Below are positions 47,799 through 56,058 of a stretch of DNA of 64,000 nucleotides, piece after piece. The position numbers were made by a program, and so were the translations under genes. Source of the stretch: Herminiimonas sp. (lineage in GTDB: Bacteria > Pseudomonadota > Gammaproteobacteria > Burkholderiales > Burkholderiaceae_D); the NCBI GenBank assembly GCA_028292315.1, contig JAQGMO010000121.1:4237-68236 (forward strand). Direction: 5' to 3'. The notes under the pieces were generated by a model. It searched no databases. It worked only from the letters and a program-made list of their open reading frames with translations, and had not been told where the DNA came from. Position 1 is the stretch's first letter, and the number at the start of each line of letters is the position of its first letter.

Positions 47799-49298
47799 AT
47801 GACCAATACAGCTATTCCGCGCAAGGCTTCCGCGCTGCAATTGCGGCTCTCGCGCGACGCCGGCAGCTCGCTGGTGCAGCAAATCGTGCGTTCAATCGAA
47901 GTGCGTATCGATGACAAGTTATTGCGTACCGGCGCGAGGATGCCGTCGATACGTGAGCTGGCCGACCTGCATGGGGTATCGCGCTTTACGGTGGTGGAAG
48001 CATATGATCGCCTGGTTGCAATGGGTCTTCTTGAATCGCGCCGCGGGTCCGGATTTTATGTGCGCGATCGTGCGCCAATCATTGCCAACGGCGGCGGCCA
48101 TCATGGCAACCATGGCAACCATGGCAGCAGCGCGGAAGCGCCGCAGCAAATGGATATAGTCTGGCTGATACGTAATATGTTCCGGCAACTGCCGCCGCAA
48201 AAGATGCCTGGCTCCGGCTTGCTTCCCAGCGATTGGCTGGACGGCAACCTGGTGGCCAATGCCATGCGGGCGGTCAGCCGCGAAAACCCGAACCCCTTGC
48301 TACAGTATGGCAATCCGCAGGGGTTTCTTCCTTTGCGCCAGCAGGTGCAACTCAGGCTGGCCGAAATGGAAATCGCGGCCGCGCCCGAGCAGATACTCAC
48401 CACCGCCGGCGTGACGCAGGGCCTCGACCTGGTCGCGCGCCATTTTCTGCAACCGGGCGATACGGTATTCGTCGACGACCCCGCATGGTTTTTAATGTTC
48501 GGTTCCTTTGCAGCGGTGGGCGCGAAGGTGGTAGGCATTCCGCGCCTGTCCGACGGCCCCGATGTCGCCATGCTGGCCGAGCTGGCCGCATTGCACCAGC
48601 CCAGGCTCTATGTAATCAACTCGGTATTGCATAACCCGACCTCGACCTCACTGTCGGCAGCCAAGGCGTTCCAGGTATTGAAGATCGCGGAACAGCATGA
48701 TTTCATGATCGTGGAAGACGATATCTATTGCGACCTGCACCCGGGCGCCGCGGTACAGCCGGCCACCCGCATCGCCGCCCTCGACCAGCTGAACCGGGTC
48801 ATTTACCTCGGCGGATACTCGAAGACGCTCGCTGCCAACCTGCGGGTAGGCTATATCGCCGCCGCGCCGGACCTGATCAAGCGCCTGTCCGACCGCAAGA
48901 TGCTGTCAACCCTGACCACGACTGAAATCGGCGAACGCATCGTCCACAGGATTCTGTCCGAAGGCCATTTCCGCAAGCACGCCGACCGCCTGCGCGGCAA
49001 ACTCGAGCGCGTGCGCGAAAATACGATCCGCCAGCTCGAGCGCATCGGAATGACCGTCGAATCCGCCACGCCGGCCGGGATGTTTGTCTGGGCCGATACC
49101 GGCTGCGATACCAACCTGCTGGCCGAACAGGCGATGGAACAGGGGTTTCTCCTGGCGCCGGGCAGCCTGTTCTCGCCGAACCAGTTGCCGTCGACGCGCA
49201 TGCGGATCAATGTGGCGACGATGTCGGATCCCGGGGTCTGGCGTTTCCTCGAACAGGCGGCCGGCGCTGCGGGCCGGCGAAAAACCGAAAAGCCTTGA
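47799..49298 (+). CDS. MocR-type regulator (GntR wHTH fused to an aminotransferase-like domain)
   Basis: 499 aa. The N-terminal wHTH ..MPSIRELADLHGVSRFTVVEAYDRL.. is followed by a linker with a HGNHGNHGS repeat and an AAT-fold domain (..GGYSKTLAANLRVGY..). It is divergent from RidA and the aminotransferase. Confidence 0.9.
   Translation: MTNTAIPRKASALQLRLSRDAGSSLVQQIVRSIEVRIDDKLLRTGARMPSIRELADLHGVSRFTVVEAYDRLVAMGLLESRRGSGFYVRDRAPIIANGGGHHGNHGNHGSSAEAPQQMDIVWLIRNMFRQLPPQKMPGSGLLPSDWLDGNLVANAMRAVSRENPNPLLQYGNPQGFLPLRQQVQLRLAEMEIAAAPEQILTTAGVTQGLDLVARHFLQPGDTVFVDDPAWFLMFGSFAAVGAKVVGIPRLSDGPDVAMLAELAALHQPRLYVINSVLHNPTSTSLSAAKAFQVLKIAEQHDFMIVEDDIYCDLHPGAAVQPATRIAALDQLNRVIYLGGYSKTLAANLRVGYIAAAPDLIKRLSDRKMLSTLTTTEIGERIVHRILSEGHFRKHADRLRGKLERVRENTIRQLERIGMTVESATPAGMFVWADTGCDTNLLAEQAMEQGFLLAPGSLFSPNQLPSTRMRINVATMSDPGVWRFLEQAAGAAGRRKTEKP
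48102..48128 (+). repeat. in-frame 9-bp tandem repeat (catggcaac x2 + catggcagc) encoding HGNHGNHGS
   Basis: Read directly from the sequence. It lies in the inter-domain linker of the MocR regulator. Confidence 0.9.
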
Positions 49299-49321
49299 AA
49301 TCGGATTTAGCATCCCCATGT
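49294..49321 (+). promoter_or_regulatory. sigma-32 (RpoH) heat-shock promoter of htpG
   Basis: CTTGAAA (49294-49300), a 13-nt spacer, then CCCCATGT (49314-49321). This matches the consensus CTTGAAA-N13-15-CCCCATnT. It sits 84 nt upstream of the htpG ATG, and the -35 overlaps the MocR stop codon (49296-49298). Confidence 0.75.
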
Positions 49322-49404
49322 AAATGCGCAACCTTCGTTAATAAGGGCATGCTGATGAATTGCCCGGAACGATAGAGTTTTCCCTTTCACTTCAGAGGTA
49401 AAAA

Positions 49405-51318
49405 ATGGCCGTATCCGAAAAGCAAACCTTAGGTTTCCAGGCAGAAGTCAAACAACTCCTGCATCTGATGATCCACTCGCTCTACTCCAACAAGGAAATT
49501 TTCCTGCGCGAGCTGATTTCAAATGCGTCCGACGCCGCCGACAAGCTGCGCTTCGAAGCGATCAATGAAGAGCAGCTGTTTGAAAACGACCCCGACCTGA
49601 AGATCAGGATAGAATTCGACAAGGCGGCGCGCACCATCACTATTTCGGATAATGGCATCGGGATGAGCCGCGAGGAAGCGATCGAACATCTCGGTACGAT
49701 CGCCAAATCCGGCACCAAGGAATTCTTTTCCAGGCTGTCGGGCGACCAGCAAAAAGACGCCGCGCTGATCGGCCAGTTCGGCGTCGGCTTCTATTCCGCA
49801 TTCATCGTGGCTGACCGGATCACCGTCGAATCGCGCCGCGCCGGCAAGGCGCCGGCCAAAGGGGTGCGCTGGGAATCCGCCGGCGAAGGCGACTTCAGCG
49901 TCGAGGAAATTACAAAGGCAACGCGCGGCACCGACATCATCCTGCACCTGCGTGAAGGCGAAGATGAATTCCTGTCGTCCTGGAAGCTCAAGTCGATCAT
50001 CCGCAAATACTCCGACCACATCTCGCTGCCGATCCTGATGAAGAAGGAAGAATGGAGCGAAGAGAAGAAGGAAACCGTCGTTACCGACGAACTGGAAACC
50101 GTGAACCAGGCGAGCGCGCTCTGGGCCCGAAACAAATCGGAAATCACGCCCGAACAGTATGCCGAATTCTACAAGCATGTTTCGCATGACTTCCAGGAAC
50201 CGCTGACCTTTACCCATAACCGGGTTGAAGGCCGCAGCGAATATACGCAACTGCTATACATTCCGGCGCATGCGCCGTTCGACCTGTGGGACCGCAACAA
50301 GCGCGGCGGCATCCGCCTGTATGTCAAGCGCGTGTTCATCATGGACGACGCGGAGCAGCTGATGCCGGTCTACCTGCGCTTCGTGAAAGGCGTGATCGAT
50401 TCAAACGACCTGCCGCTGAACGTGTCGCGTGAACTGCTGCAGGAATCGCGCGACGTGCGCGTGATCCGGGAAGGTTCGACCAAGCGCGTGCTGTCGATGC
50501 TGGAAGATCTGGCAGAGAGCGAAGAGCAGGAAAAGAAAGACAAGTATTCGACATTCTGGAAAGAGTTCGGCCAGGTTCTGAAGGAAGGAGTGGGCGAGGA
50601 CGCGACCAACAAGGAGCGCATCGCCGGGCTGCTGCGTTTTGCTTCGACCCTCAATGACAGCGACGCGCAAACGGTTTCATTGAAAGACTATGTCAGCCGC
50701 ATGAAGGAAGGACAGGACAAAATTTTCTATGTCACCGCCGACGCCTACCTGGCGGCGAAGAATAGTCCGCACCTTGAAATTTTCCGCAAGAAGGGTTTGG
50801 AAGTGCTGTTGCTGACCGACCGCGTCGATGAGTGGATGTTGTCCTTCCTGACCGAATACGATGGCAAGGAATTGGTATCGGTTGCGAAAGGTGACCTCGA
50901 CCTGGGCAAACTGGAAGATGAAGCCGAGAAAAAGCAGCACGAAGAAGTCGAAGCGCAGTACAAGGACCTGATCGAAAAAATGAAGACGGTCCTGGCCGAT
51001 AAATCCAAGGATGTGCGGGTATCTTACCGCCTGACCGATTCGCCGGCCTGTCTGGTGGCGGACGAGAATGAGTTATCGGGCAATTTGTTGCGCATGCTGA
51101 AAGCGGCTGGCCAGAATACGCCGGAATCAAAGCCTATCCTCGAGATCAATCCCGATCATCCTTTGGTGCAGCGCCTGAAATATGAAGAAGCCAAATTTTC
51201 CGACTGGGCCCATATCCTGTTCGACCAGGCCATGCTGGCCGAAGGTGGCACCTTGAATGATCCGGCCGGATTCGTGAAACGGCTTAATGAGATGCTGTTG
51301 GGGATGGCGGGAAAATAA
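49405..51318 (+). CDS. htpG: molecular chaperone HtpG (Hsp90)
   Basis: 637 aa with ..[27 protein letters not shown].. and GQFGVGFYS. Confidence 0.97.
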   Translation: MAVSEKQTLGFQAEVKQLLHLMIHSLYSNKEIFLRELISNASDAADKLRFEAINEEQLFENDPDLKIRIEFDKAARTITISDNGIGMSREEAIEHLGTIAKSGTKEFFSRLSGDQQKDAALIGQFGVGFYSAFIVADRITVESRRAGKAPAKGVRWESAGEGDFSVEEITKATRGTDIILHLREGEDEFLSSWKLKSIIRKYSDHISLPILMKKEEWSEEKKETVVTDELETVNQASALWARNKSEITPEQYAEFYKHVSHDFQEPLTFTHNRVEGRSEYTQLLYIPAHAPFDLWDRNKRGGIRLYVKRVFIMDDAEQLMPVYLRFVKGVIDSNDLPLNVSRELLQESRDVRVIREGSTKRVLSMLEDLAESEEQEKKDKYSTFWKEFGQVLKEGVGEDATNKERIAGLLRFASTLNDSDAQTVSLKDYVSRMKEGQDKIFYVTADAYLAAKNSPHLEIFRKKGLEVLLLTDRVDEWMLSFLTEYDGKELVSVAKGDLDLGKLEDEAEKKQHEEVEAQYKDLIEKMKTVLADKSKDVRVSYRLTDSPACLVADENELSGNLLRMLKAAGQNTPESKPILEINPDHPLVQRLKYEEAKFSDWAHILFDQAMLAEGGTLNDPAGFVKRLNEMLLGMAGK

Positions 51319-51408
51319 CTCGCTGAACCGGTGGAAATCGGGACCTTCCGCCGTGAAGGTTCCACGTTTGCCGGAGCGGTGTTCAGGTGCTCGAATACCG
51401 CTCATGCT

Positions 51409-52260
51409 TTACTTGCCGATTTGGCTGAAAAACGAGTAGCCCTTCCCGCTTTTGATCATCCTGTTGTTTTGCTTCGCCACATACATCGCGACATCGGAGT
51501 TATTAACCAGCACTTCCGCATTCTTGCCATCGTCCGGATAAAGCGTGATCCCGATGGCAGGGATGATGCTCAGCTGTAAACCGCCGATAACGCATGGCTG
51601 CGACAGGCTGGCGATAATCTTTTCCGCGATGCGGGCCGCATAGTTTTCATCGCGCACTTCCAACAGCAGGCACAGGAATTCATTTCCACCATACCTGCCA
51701 ACCGTATCTTCGGTACGCAGCAGCGCTGTCAGGCGCTTGGCCACAGTGCGCAATACCTCGTCACCGATCGCATGGCCGTAACAATCGTTGATCATCTTGA
51801 AGTCATCGATGTCGATAAAGAGCAATCCGATGCCGCGCCCATGGCGCTCGGCCTGCGCCACCGCAGTATTGAGACGGTCGAGGAACAATTCCCGATTCGG
51901 CAAACCGGTAATCCTGTCATGAAACGCAAGATGGCGCGCCTTGCGTTCGTCCAGCCTGCTTCTGGCAAGCTCCCCTTCAAGAAATTTTCTCTCGGCAATT
52001 TCCCGGATCAAGGCCTGGTTAACCGAGGCGAGATCTGCGGCGCATTCCTGCACCTTATCCTCTACTTCTTCGCTTTGGCTCAGCGCGACTTCAATTCTTT
52101 CCAAAGGTAAATGTTCGATCACCTCTTCCTTCAACACGGCGTTGACTGAAGAAAGCTTTTGAGCGCATTCCTCGACTTTATGTTTTACCTGTTCACTTTG
52201 ATTCAGTGCACTCGATAAAGTCAATGGGGAGGCAGTCGCCGCTTTGTCGAACGATCCCAT
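51409..52260 (-). CDS. GGDEF-domain protein with a degenerate active site (GGNEF) and an intact RxxD I-site
   Basis: 283 aa with ..HDRITGLPNR..LLFIDIDDFKMINDCYGH..LRTEDTVGRYGGNEFLCLL.. The N-terminal half has two copies of a coiled-coil-like module of about 40 aa. Confidence 0.9.
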   Translation of the reverse strand: MGSFDKAATASPLTLSSALNQSEQVKHKVEECAQKLSSVNAVLKEEVIEHLPLERIEVALSQSEEVEDKVQECAADLASVNQALIREIAERKFLEGELARSRLDERKARHLAFHDRITGLPNRELFLDRLNTAVAQAERHGRGIGLLFIDIDDFKMINDCYGHAIGDEVLRTVAKRLTALLRTEDTVGRYGGNEFLCLLLEVRDENYAARIAEKIIASLSQPCVIGGLQLSIIPAIGITLYPDDGKNAEVLVNNSDVAMYVAKQNNRMIKSGKGYSFFSQIGK

Positions 52261-52396
52261 AACCCCTCTTTTATTTGAAAATTCGGAATTTAGAGAAAGA
52301 AAAAGACAAATGGTTCTATATTACAAGTGAATTGATTTACAAGTATCTTGCTGTTGGACAGGAAGTGCGCAAAATTGGCTTGCCTGCCGATGCTGC

Positions 52397-52840
52397 TCAG
52401 TAAGCAATATGAAAGCGCCGATAAAGAATTCCGAGCACAAACAACGGTCCGATCAGCAGGAAGCGCAGGTCGTCGAAGAATGACGGTTTTTTCCCCTCAA
52501 TTTTATGGCCGATGAACTGCCCGATCCATGCGATCACGAAGATGGCGATCGATGCCGGCAAAATTCTCGCCGGCGGCATGATGAACAACACGGCCAGCAT
52601 TGCCCCTGACATCAGGACCATCCCGATCGCAAACGAGGTCGACAAGATAAAGTAATATACAAGCGACGCCAGCGTCAGGGCAAGCGCCGTCAGCGGATGC
52701 ATGGCCCATAGCAGGCCGAGCAGCGAGAATGCGATCGCCGGCACGCATATGCAATGAATGAATTCGTTGGCGGGATGCTGATGGCTTTCGGCGTATACGG
52801 CGATCAGCCTGTCGATAGCCCGGGTCGCGGCGTGGTGCAT
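52397..52840 (-). CDS. DUF962 (Mpo1-like) membrane protein
   Basis: ..YAESHQHPANEFIHCICVPAIAFSLLGLLW.. plus ..GQFIGHKIEGKKPSFFDDL.. The start is either ATG 52840 or 52855. Confidence 0.75.
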   Translation of the reverse strand: MHHAATRAIDRLIAVYAESHQHPANEFIHCICVPAIAFSLLGLLWAMHPLTALALTLASLVYYFILSTSFAIGMVLMSGAMLAVLFIMPPARILPASIAIFVIAWIGQFIGHKIEGKKPSFFDDLRFLLIGPLFVLGILYRRFHIAY

Positions 52841-52988
52841 GGTGTTCTCCTCCATGGGTATTAATTTGAGACCATCCTTTTTAAAACAGTGTAGCGCTGT
52901 TTGCGATAAATATCATTGCCGCCATGCCGCGGCAAACGTATTTTTCGCTGCGACCGGATGGCGCACGTCTGAAAAGGAAAGAACCGGC

Positions 52989-53495
52989 ATGACTCGCAAA
53001 CGCAGCTTCGCTCCGGTCATCAATGACCAGGTCCGGCTCCTGGTACTGGGCAGCCTTCCCGGCGAGATGTCGCTCGCGCACAGCCGGTATTATGCGCATC
53101 CGCAAAACCGGTTCTGGCTGCTGATGGGTGAAGTAATCGGGACCGACCTGCAGTCGCTGGAATACGACGAGCGTCTGAAGGCGCTGCTGGCGCACCGGGT
53201 GGGCTTATGGGATGTGATTGCCGAAGCCCATCGTGAAGGCAGTCTCGACAGCAGAATCCGCAACCACGCCCACAATGACCTGGTCGAACTGGCGAACAGC
53301 TTGCCTTACCTTAAAGCAATCGCCTTCAACGGCGGCACCGCTGCGCGGCTTGGCCTGAAAGCGCTTGGACAGGAAGCGGAAAGATACGGGATCATCAAGC
53401 TTCCTTCGAGCAGCCCGGCCTATACGCTCGCCTATTCCGAAAAAGTGAACGCCTGGCGCAAGCTGCAACCATGGATCGGTTCCAGGATTTTCTGA
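52989..53495 (+). CDS. DNA-deoxyinosine (hypoxanthine) glycosylase, UDG superfamily
   Basis: Start trimmed to ATG 52989: MTRKRSFAPVINDQVRLLVLGSLPGEMSLAHSRYYAHPQNRFWLLMG, the family signature as I remember it. The track ORF start 52839 would overlap the divergent gene. Confidence 0.75.
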   Translation: MTRKRSFAPVINDQVRLLVLGSLPGEMSLAHSRYYAHPQNRFWLLMGEVIGTDLQSLEYDERLKALLAHRVGLWDVIAEAHREGSLDSRIRNHAHNDLVELANSLPYLKAIAFNGGTAARLGLKALGQEAERYGIIKLPSSSPAYTLAYSEKVNAWRKLQPWIGSRIF

Positions 53496-53548
53496 CGGGG
53501 CAGGCCTGCGCCGCCGCTTTCCCGCCGCGCCTTCCCTGATGCGGGCAC

Positions 53549-54772
53549 TTACCTCCCGACGCCGTTCATAATAATCCGCGCCATCTCGATCGCGGGCGGC
53601 CGGCCATCGGGTCCGGACGGAAGCGCGGCCCAGGTCACGATCGTGGTTCCGGTCACAGGGTCGTGGCCCATGAACGTGTTATAGCCGGGAATCTCGCCGG
53701 TATGCCCGTAATACGAACCGAACTTCGCCAGGCCCCAGCAATAGCCTGCGGCGTCCGGGTTCGAAGGATCGGTCGAAGTGCAGCTGGCGAGGCGTTTTGC
53801 CTGCAGGCTGGCGTCCAGGTATCCGCCGGCGACCAGCCTCCTGGCATAGATCGCGAGCTCGCCCGCAGTCGAAATGCCCATCCCCGCGGTCCAGCCCCAC
53901 GAAGTACTCCATTCGGTCGCATCCATCGGCAGCAGTTTCCCGGCGTACGCCGCATTGCGCCGCGCCTGCGACAGCACGCTTGTGTCGATCGTCTCGACAT
54001 TGGTGCCGAACTGGTAACCGCGCGCGAAAGGCTCGGGAAGCGCGGTATTGTCGAGCGGCGGCATCAGCGTGTCGTTCAGGCCGAGCGGCGCAAAAAGCCT
54101 TGTCCTGAACGCCTCTTCAGCGCGCATGCTGGTCAGTTTCTCGATGATCCGGCCGAGCAGCAGCGTGTTCGTGTTCGAGTATCTATAGGCTTGTCCCGGT
54201 GCAAAATAAACCGGATGGGAATACGCGATCCTCAGTAACTCCTCGATGGTGAAGGTTTTGCCGGGATTCGAATCGAGGCTCTGGTTGAACGCAAGATCCG
54301 TCGAATAGTTGAACAACCCGCTGCGCATCGTCAGCAGATGCTCGATCGTGATGCCGGCGCCATTCGGGACGTCGGGCAAAAATCGGGATACCGGGTCCGC
54401 AAGGCTGATGCGGCCTTCCTCGACCAGCTGGAGGATGACCGTTCCGGTCCATGTCTTGGTGATGCTGCCAACCCGAAAATGGTCCGTGACCCGCACCGGA
54501 TCTTTGCTGCCACGGGCCCTGGTGCCGAACGCTTCGGTCCAGTCGCCCTGTGGCGAGCGCACCAGGACGACCGCGCCGGAGGTGAGCGTATCCGCCAGGA
54601 CGGCCTCGATCTGCGGCCGCAATACGGCTGCATAGGAAGGGGGCGGTGCCGGGTCCTCCACTCCCGTTCCCGTATTACAGCCGGCGCTGGCAAGCACGAT
54701 CAGAATTGCATTAATGAAAAAATTGCGTTTCGCGGGCCGGGAAGCATGCGCAGTATCGAATGGCGTTTCCAC
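53549..54772 (-). CDS. serine hydrolase (class C beta-lactamase / DD-peptidase family), lipoprotein-like N-terminus
   Basis: 407 aa with the SxxK motif in FRVGSITKTWT and the N-terminal ..ILIVLASAGC. Confidence 0.85.
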   Translation of the reverse strand: METPFDTAHASRPAKRNFFINAILIVLASAGCNTGTGVEDPAPPPSYAAVLRPQIEAVLADTLTSGAVVLVRSPQGDWTEAFGTRARGSKDPVRVTDHFRVGSITKTWTGTVILQLVEEGRISLADPVSRFLPDVPNGAGITIEHLLTMRSGLFNYSTDLAFNQSLDSNPGKTFTIEELLRIAYSHPVYFAPGQAYRYSNTNTLLLGRIIEKLTSMRAEEAFRTRLFAPLGLNDTLMPPLDNTALPEPFARGYQFGTNVETIDTSVLSQARRNAAYAGKLLPMDATEWSTSWGWTAGMGISTAGELAIYARRLVAGGYLDASLQAKRLASCTSTDPSNPDAAGYCWGLAKFGSYYGHTGEIPGYNTFMGHDPVTGTTIVTWAALPSGPDGRPPAIEMARIIMNGVGR

Positions 54773-55193
54773 TGTTGCCTCTCTTTCAAAGATGCAGTCT
54801 ACTGTGCGATAAAAGTATTCTTTCTGACAATATCAGGCGGTAAAACCAGACGAAACGGGTTTTTATTGCGCACAAAAATAATTCGTTCACCGACCGTTTG
54901 TCGCAATTAGTTTACCATTAGTATGGTTTATCAATATACTTTTTGTGAAATTCAATAATGCAAGGCTGGCTCCGGTGCCGCGCCACGGATGCCAGGTGGC
55001 CCGCCCATGCCCTGTTGCCTGCGTCTCATGCGACAATAGCGGCAGAAGTTTCTGAATCCGGCATGCTGCTCTACATATCGCCCGGCCGGATCGGAACGCG
55101 CCAGGCCGGCATTACCCTTCCGCACCAGCAAATGCACAACAGTCGCCGGCATAAAAATTTGCGCTTTAGCATGGCGCCACTGGATAATTCCCA

Positions 55194-56012
55194 ATGCTCA
55201 TCAAACGTAAATCGATTGAAAAAGAAGAGTCTCTGCGCGGTTCGCGCGGCGCACCCGCCAGCGCCCGTCCTTCACGCAAGCCGAAATTCGCACCGGTCAC
55301 GCTATCGGAACAGCAAGGCGTACGCTTTCTTCACTTCGGTACCGAATGGGTCCAAGGTGCCATGCGGCTGCGAAAACCGGACTGGATTGAACTGGAATAT
55401 GCGCAGCAGATGATGGCCTGGATGCTGTTCAACGACCAGCTTCGGCATGTCGTGCAACTGGGCCTCGGAACCGGCGCGCTGACAAAATTTTGCTATCGCC
55501 GGTTTCCAAGCGCCCGCGTCACCGCGATCGAGCTGAATCCATCGGTCATTGCCATTTGCGAATCGATGTTCAAACTTCCGCCCGACGACGGCCGCCTGTC
55601 CGTCATCGAAATGGATGCCCATGATTTTGTCAACGATCACGGCCATCACGGGACGATCGACGCGCTGCAAATCGATCTGTATGACGCGACCGCGCGCGGC
55701 CCGGTGCTCGATACGCCTGAATTCTATGCCGCCTGCGCCGCCTGCCTGACGCCCGACGGCATCGCCACGGTCAACCTGTTCGGCGACCATCCCAGCTATG
55801 CAAAAAACCTGAAGGCGATGCGCTTTGCGTTCGATGAGGTGATCTGCCTGCCTGAAGTCCATGACGGAAACGTCGTCGCGATCGGCTTCAGGACCGCGCC
55901 CGAGCTCGACTTTCCCACGCTGTATGAACTGGCGGCCCGCATCACTGAAACGACCGGGCTGCCGGCCAAATCGTGGGTCAACGGCATCAAGGCATGGCAA
56001 GCCGCCCGTTAG
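55194..56012 (+). CDS. spermidine-synthase-like class I methyltransferase-fold protein
   Basis: 272 aa with VVQLGLGTGALTKF..VTAIELNPSVI..VIEMDAHDFV. Confidence 0.75.
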   Translation: MLIKRKSIEKEESLRGSRGAPASARPSRKPKFAPVTLSEQQGVRFLHFGTEWVQGAMRLRKPDWIELEYAQQMMAWMLFNDQLRHVVQLGLGTGALTKFCYRRFPSARVTAIELNPSVIAICESMFKLPPDDGRLSVIEMDAHDFVNDHGHHGTIDALQIDLYDATARGPVLDTPEFYAACAACLTPDGIATVNLFGDHPSYAKNLKAMRFAFDEVICLPEVHDGNVVAIGFRTAPELDFPTLYELAARITETTGLPAKSWVNGIKAWQAAR

Positions 56013-56058
56013 CCTGTTACCCATAAGCCCGCCCAGCACTTCGCCCCATCCCTGAAAC

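Noticed and set aside
54958-55413. 151-aa plus-strand ORF spanning the gap and the start of the spermidine-synthase-like gene
   Set aside because: It overlaps the well-supported 55194 gene out of frame and has an Arg/His/Ser-rich composition with no domain signature. The 80-aa minus-strand ORF 54952..55194 is equally implausible.
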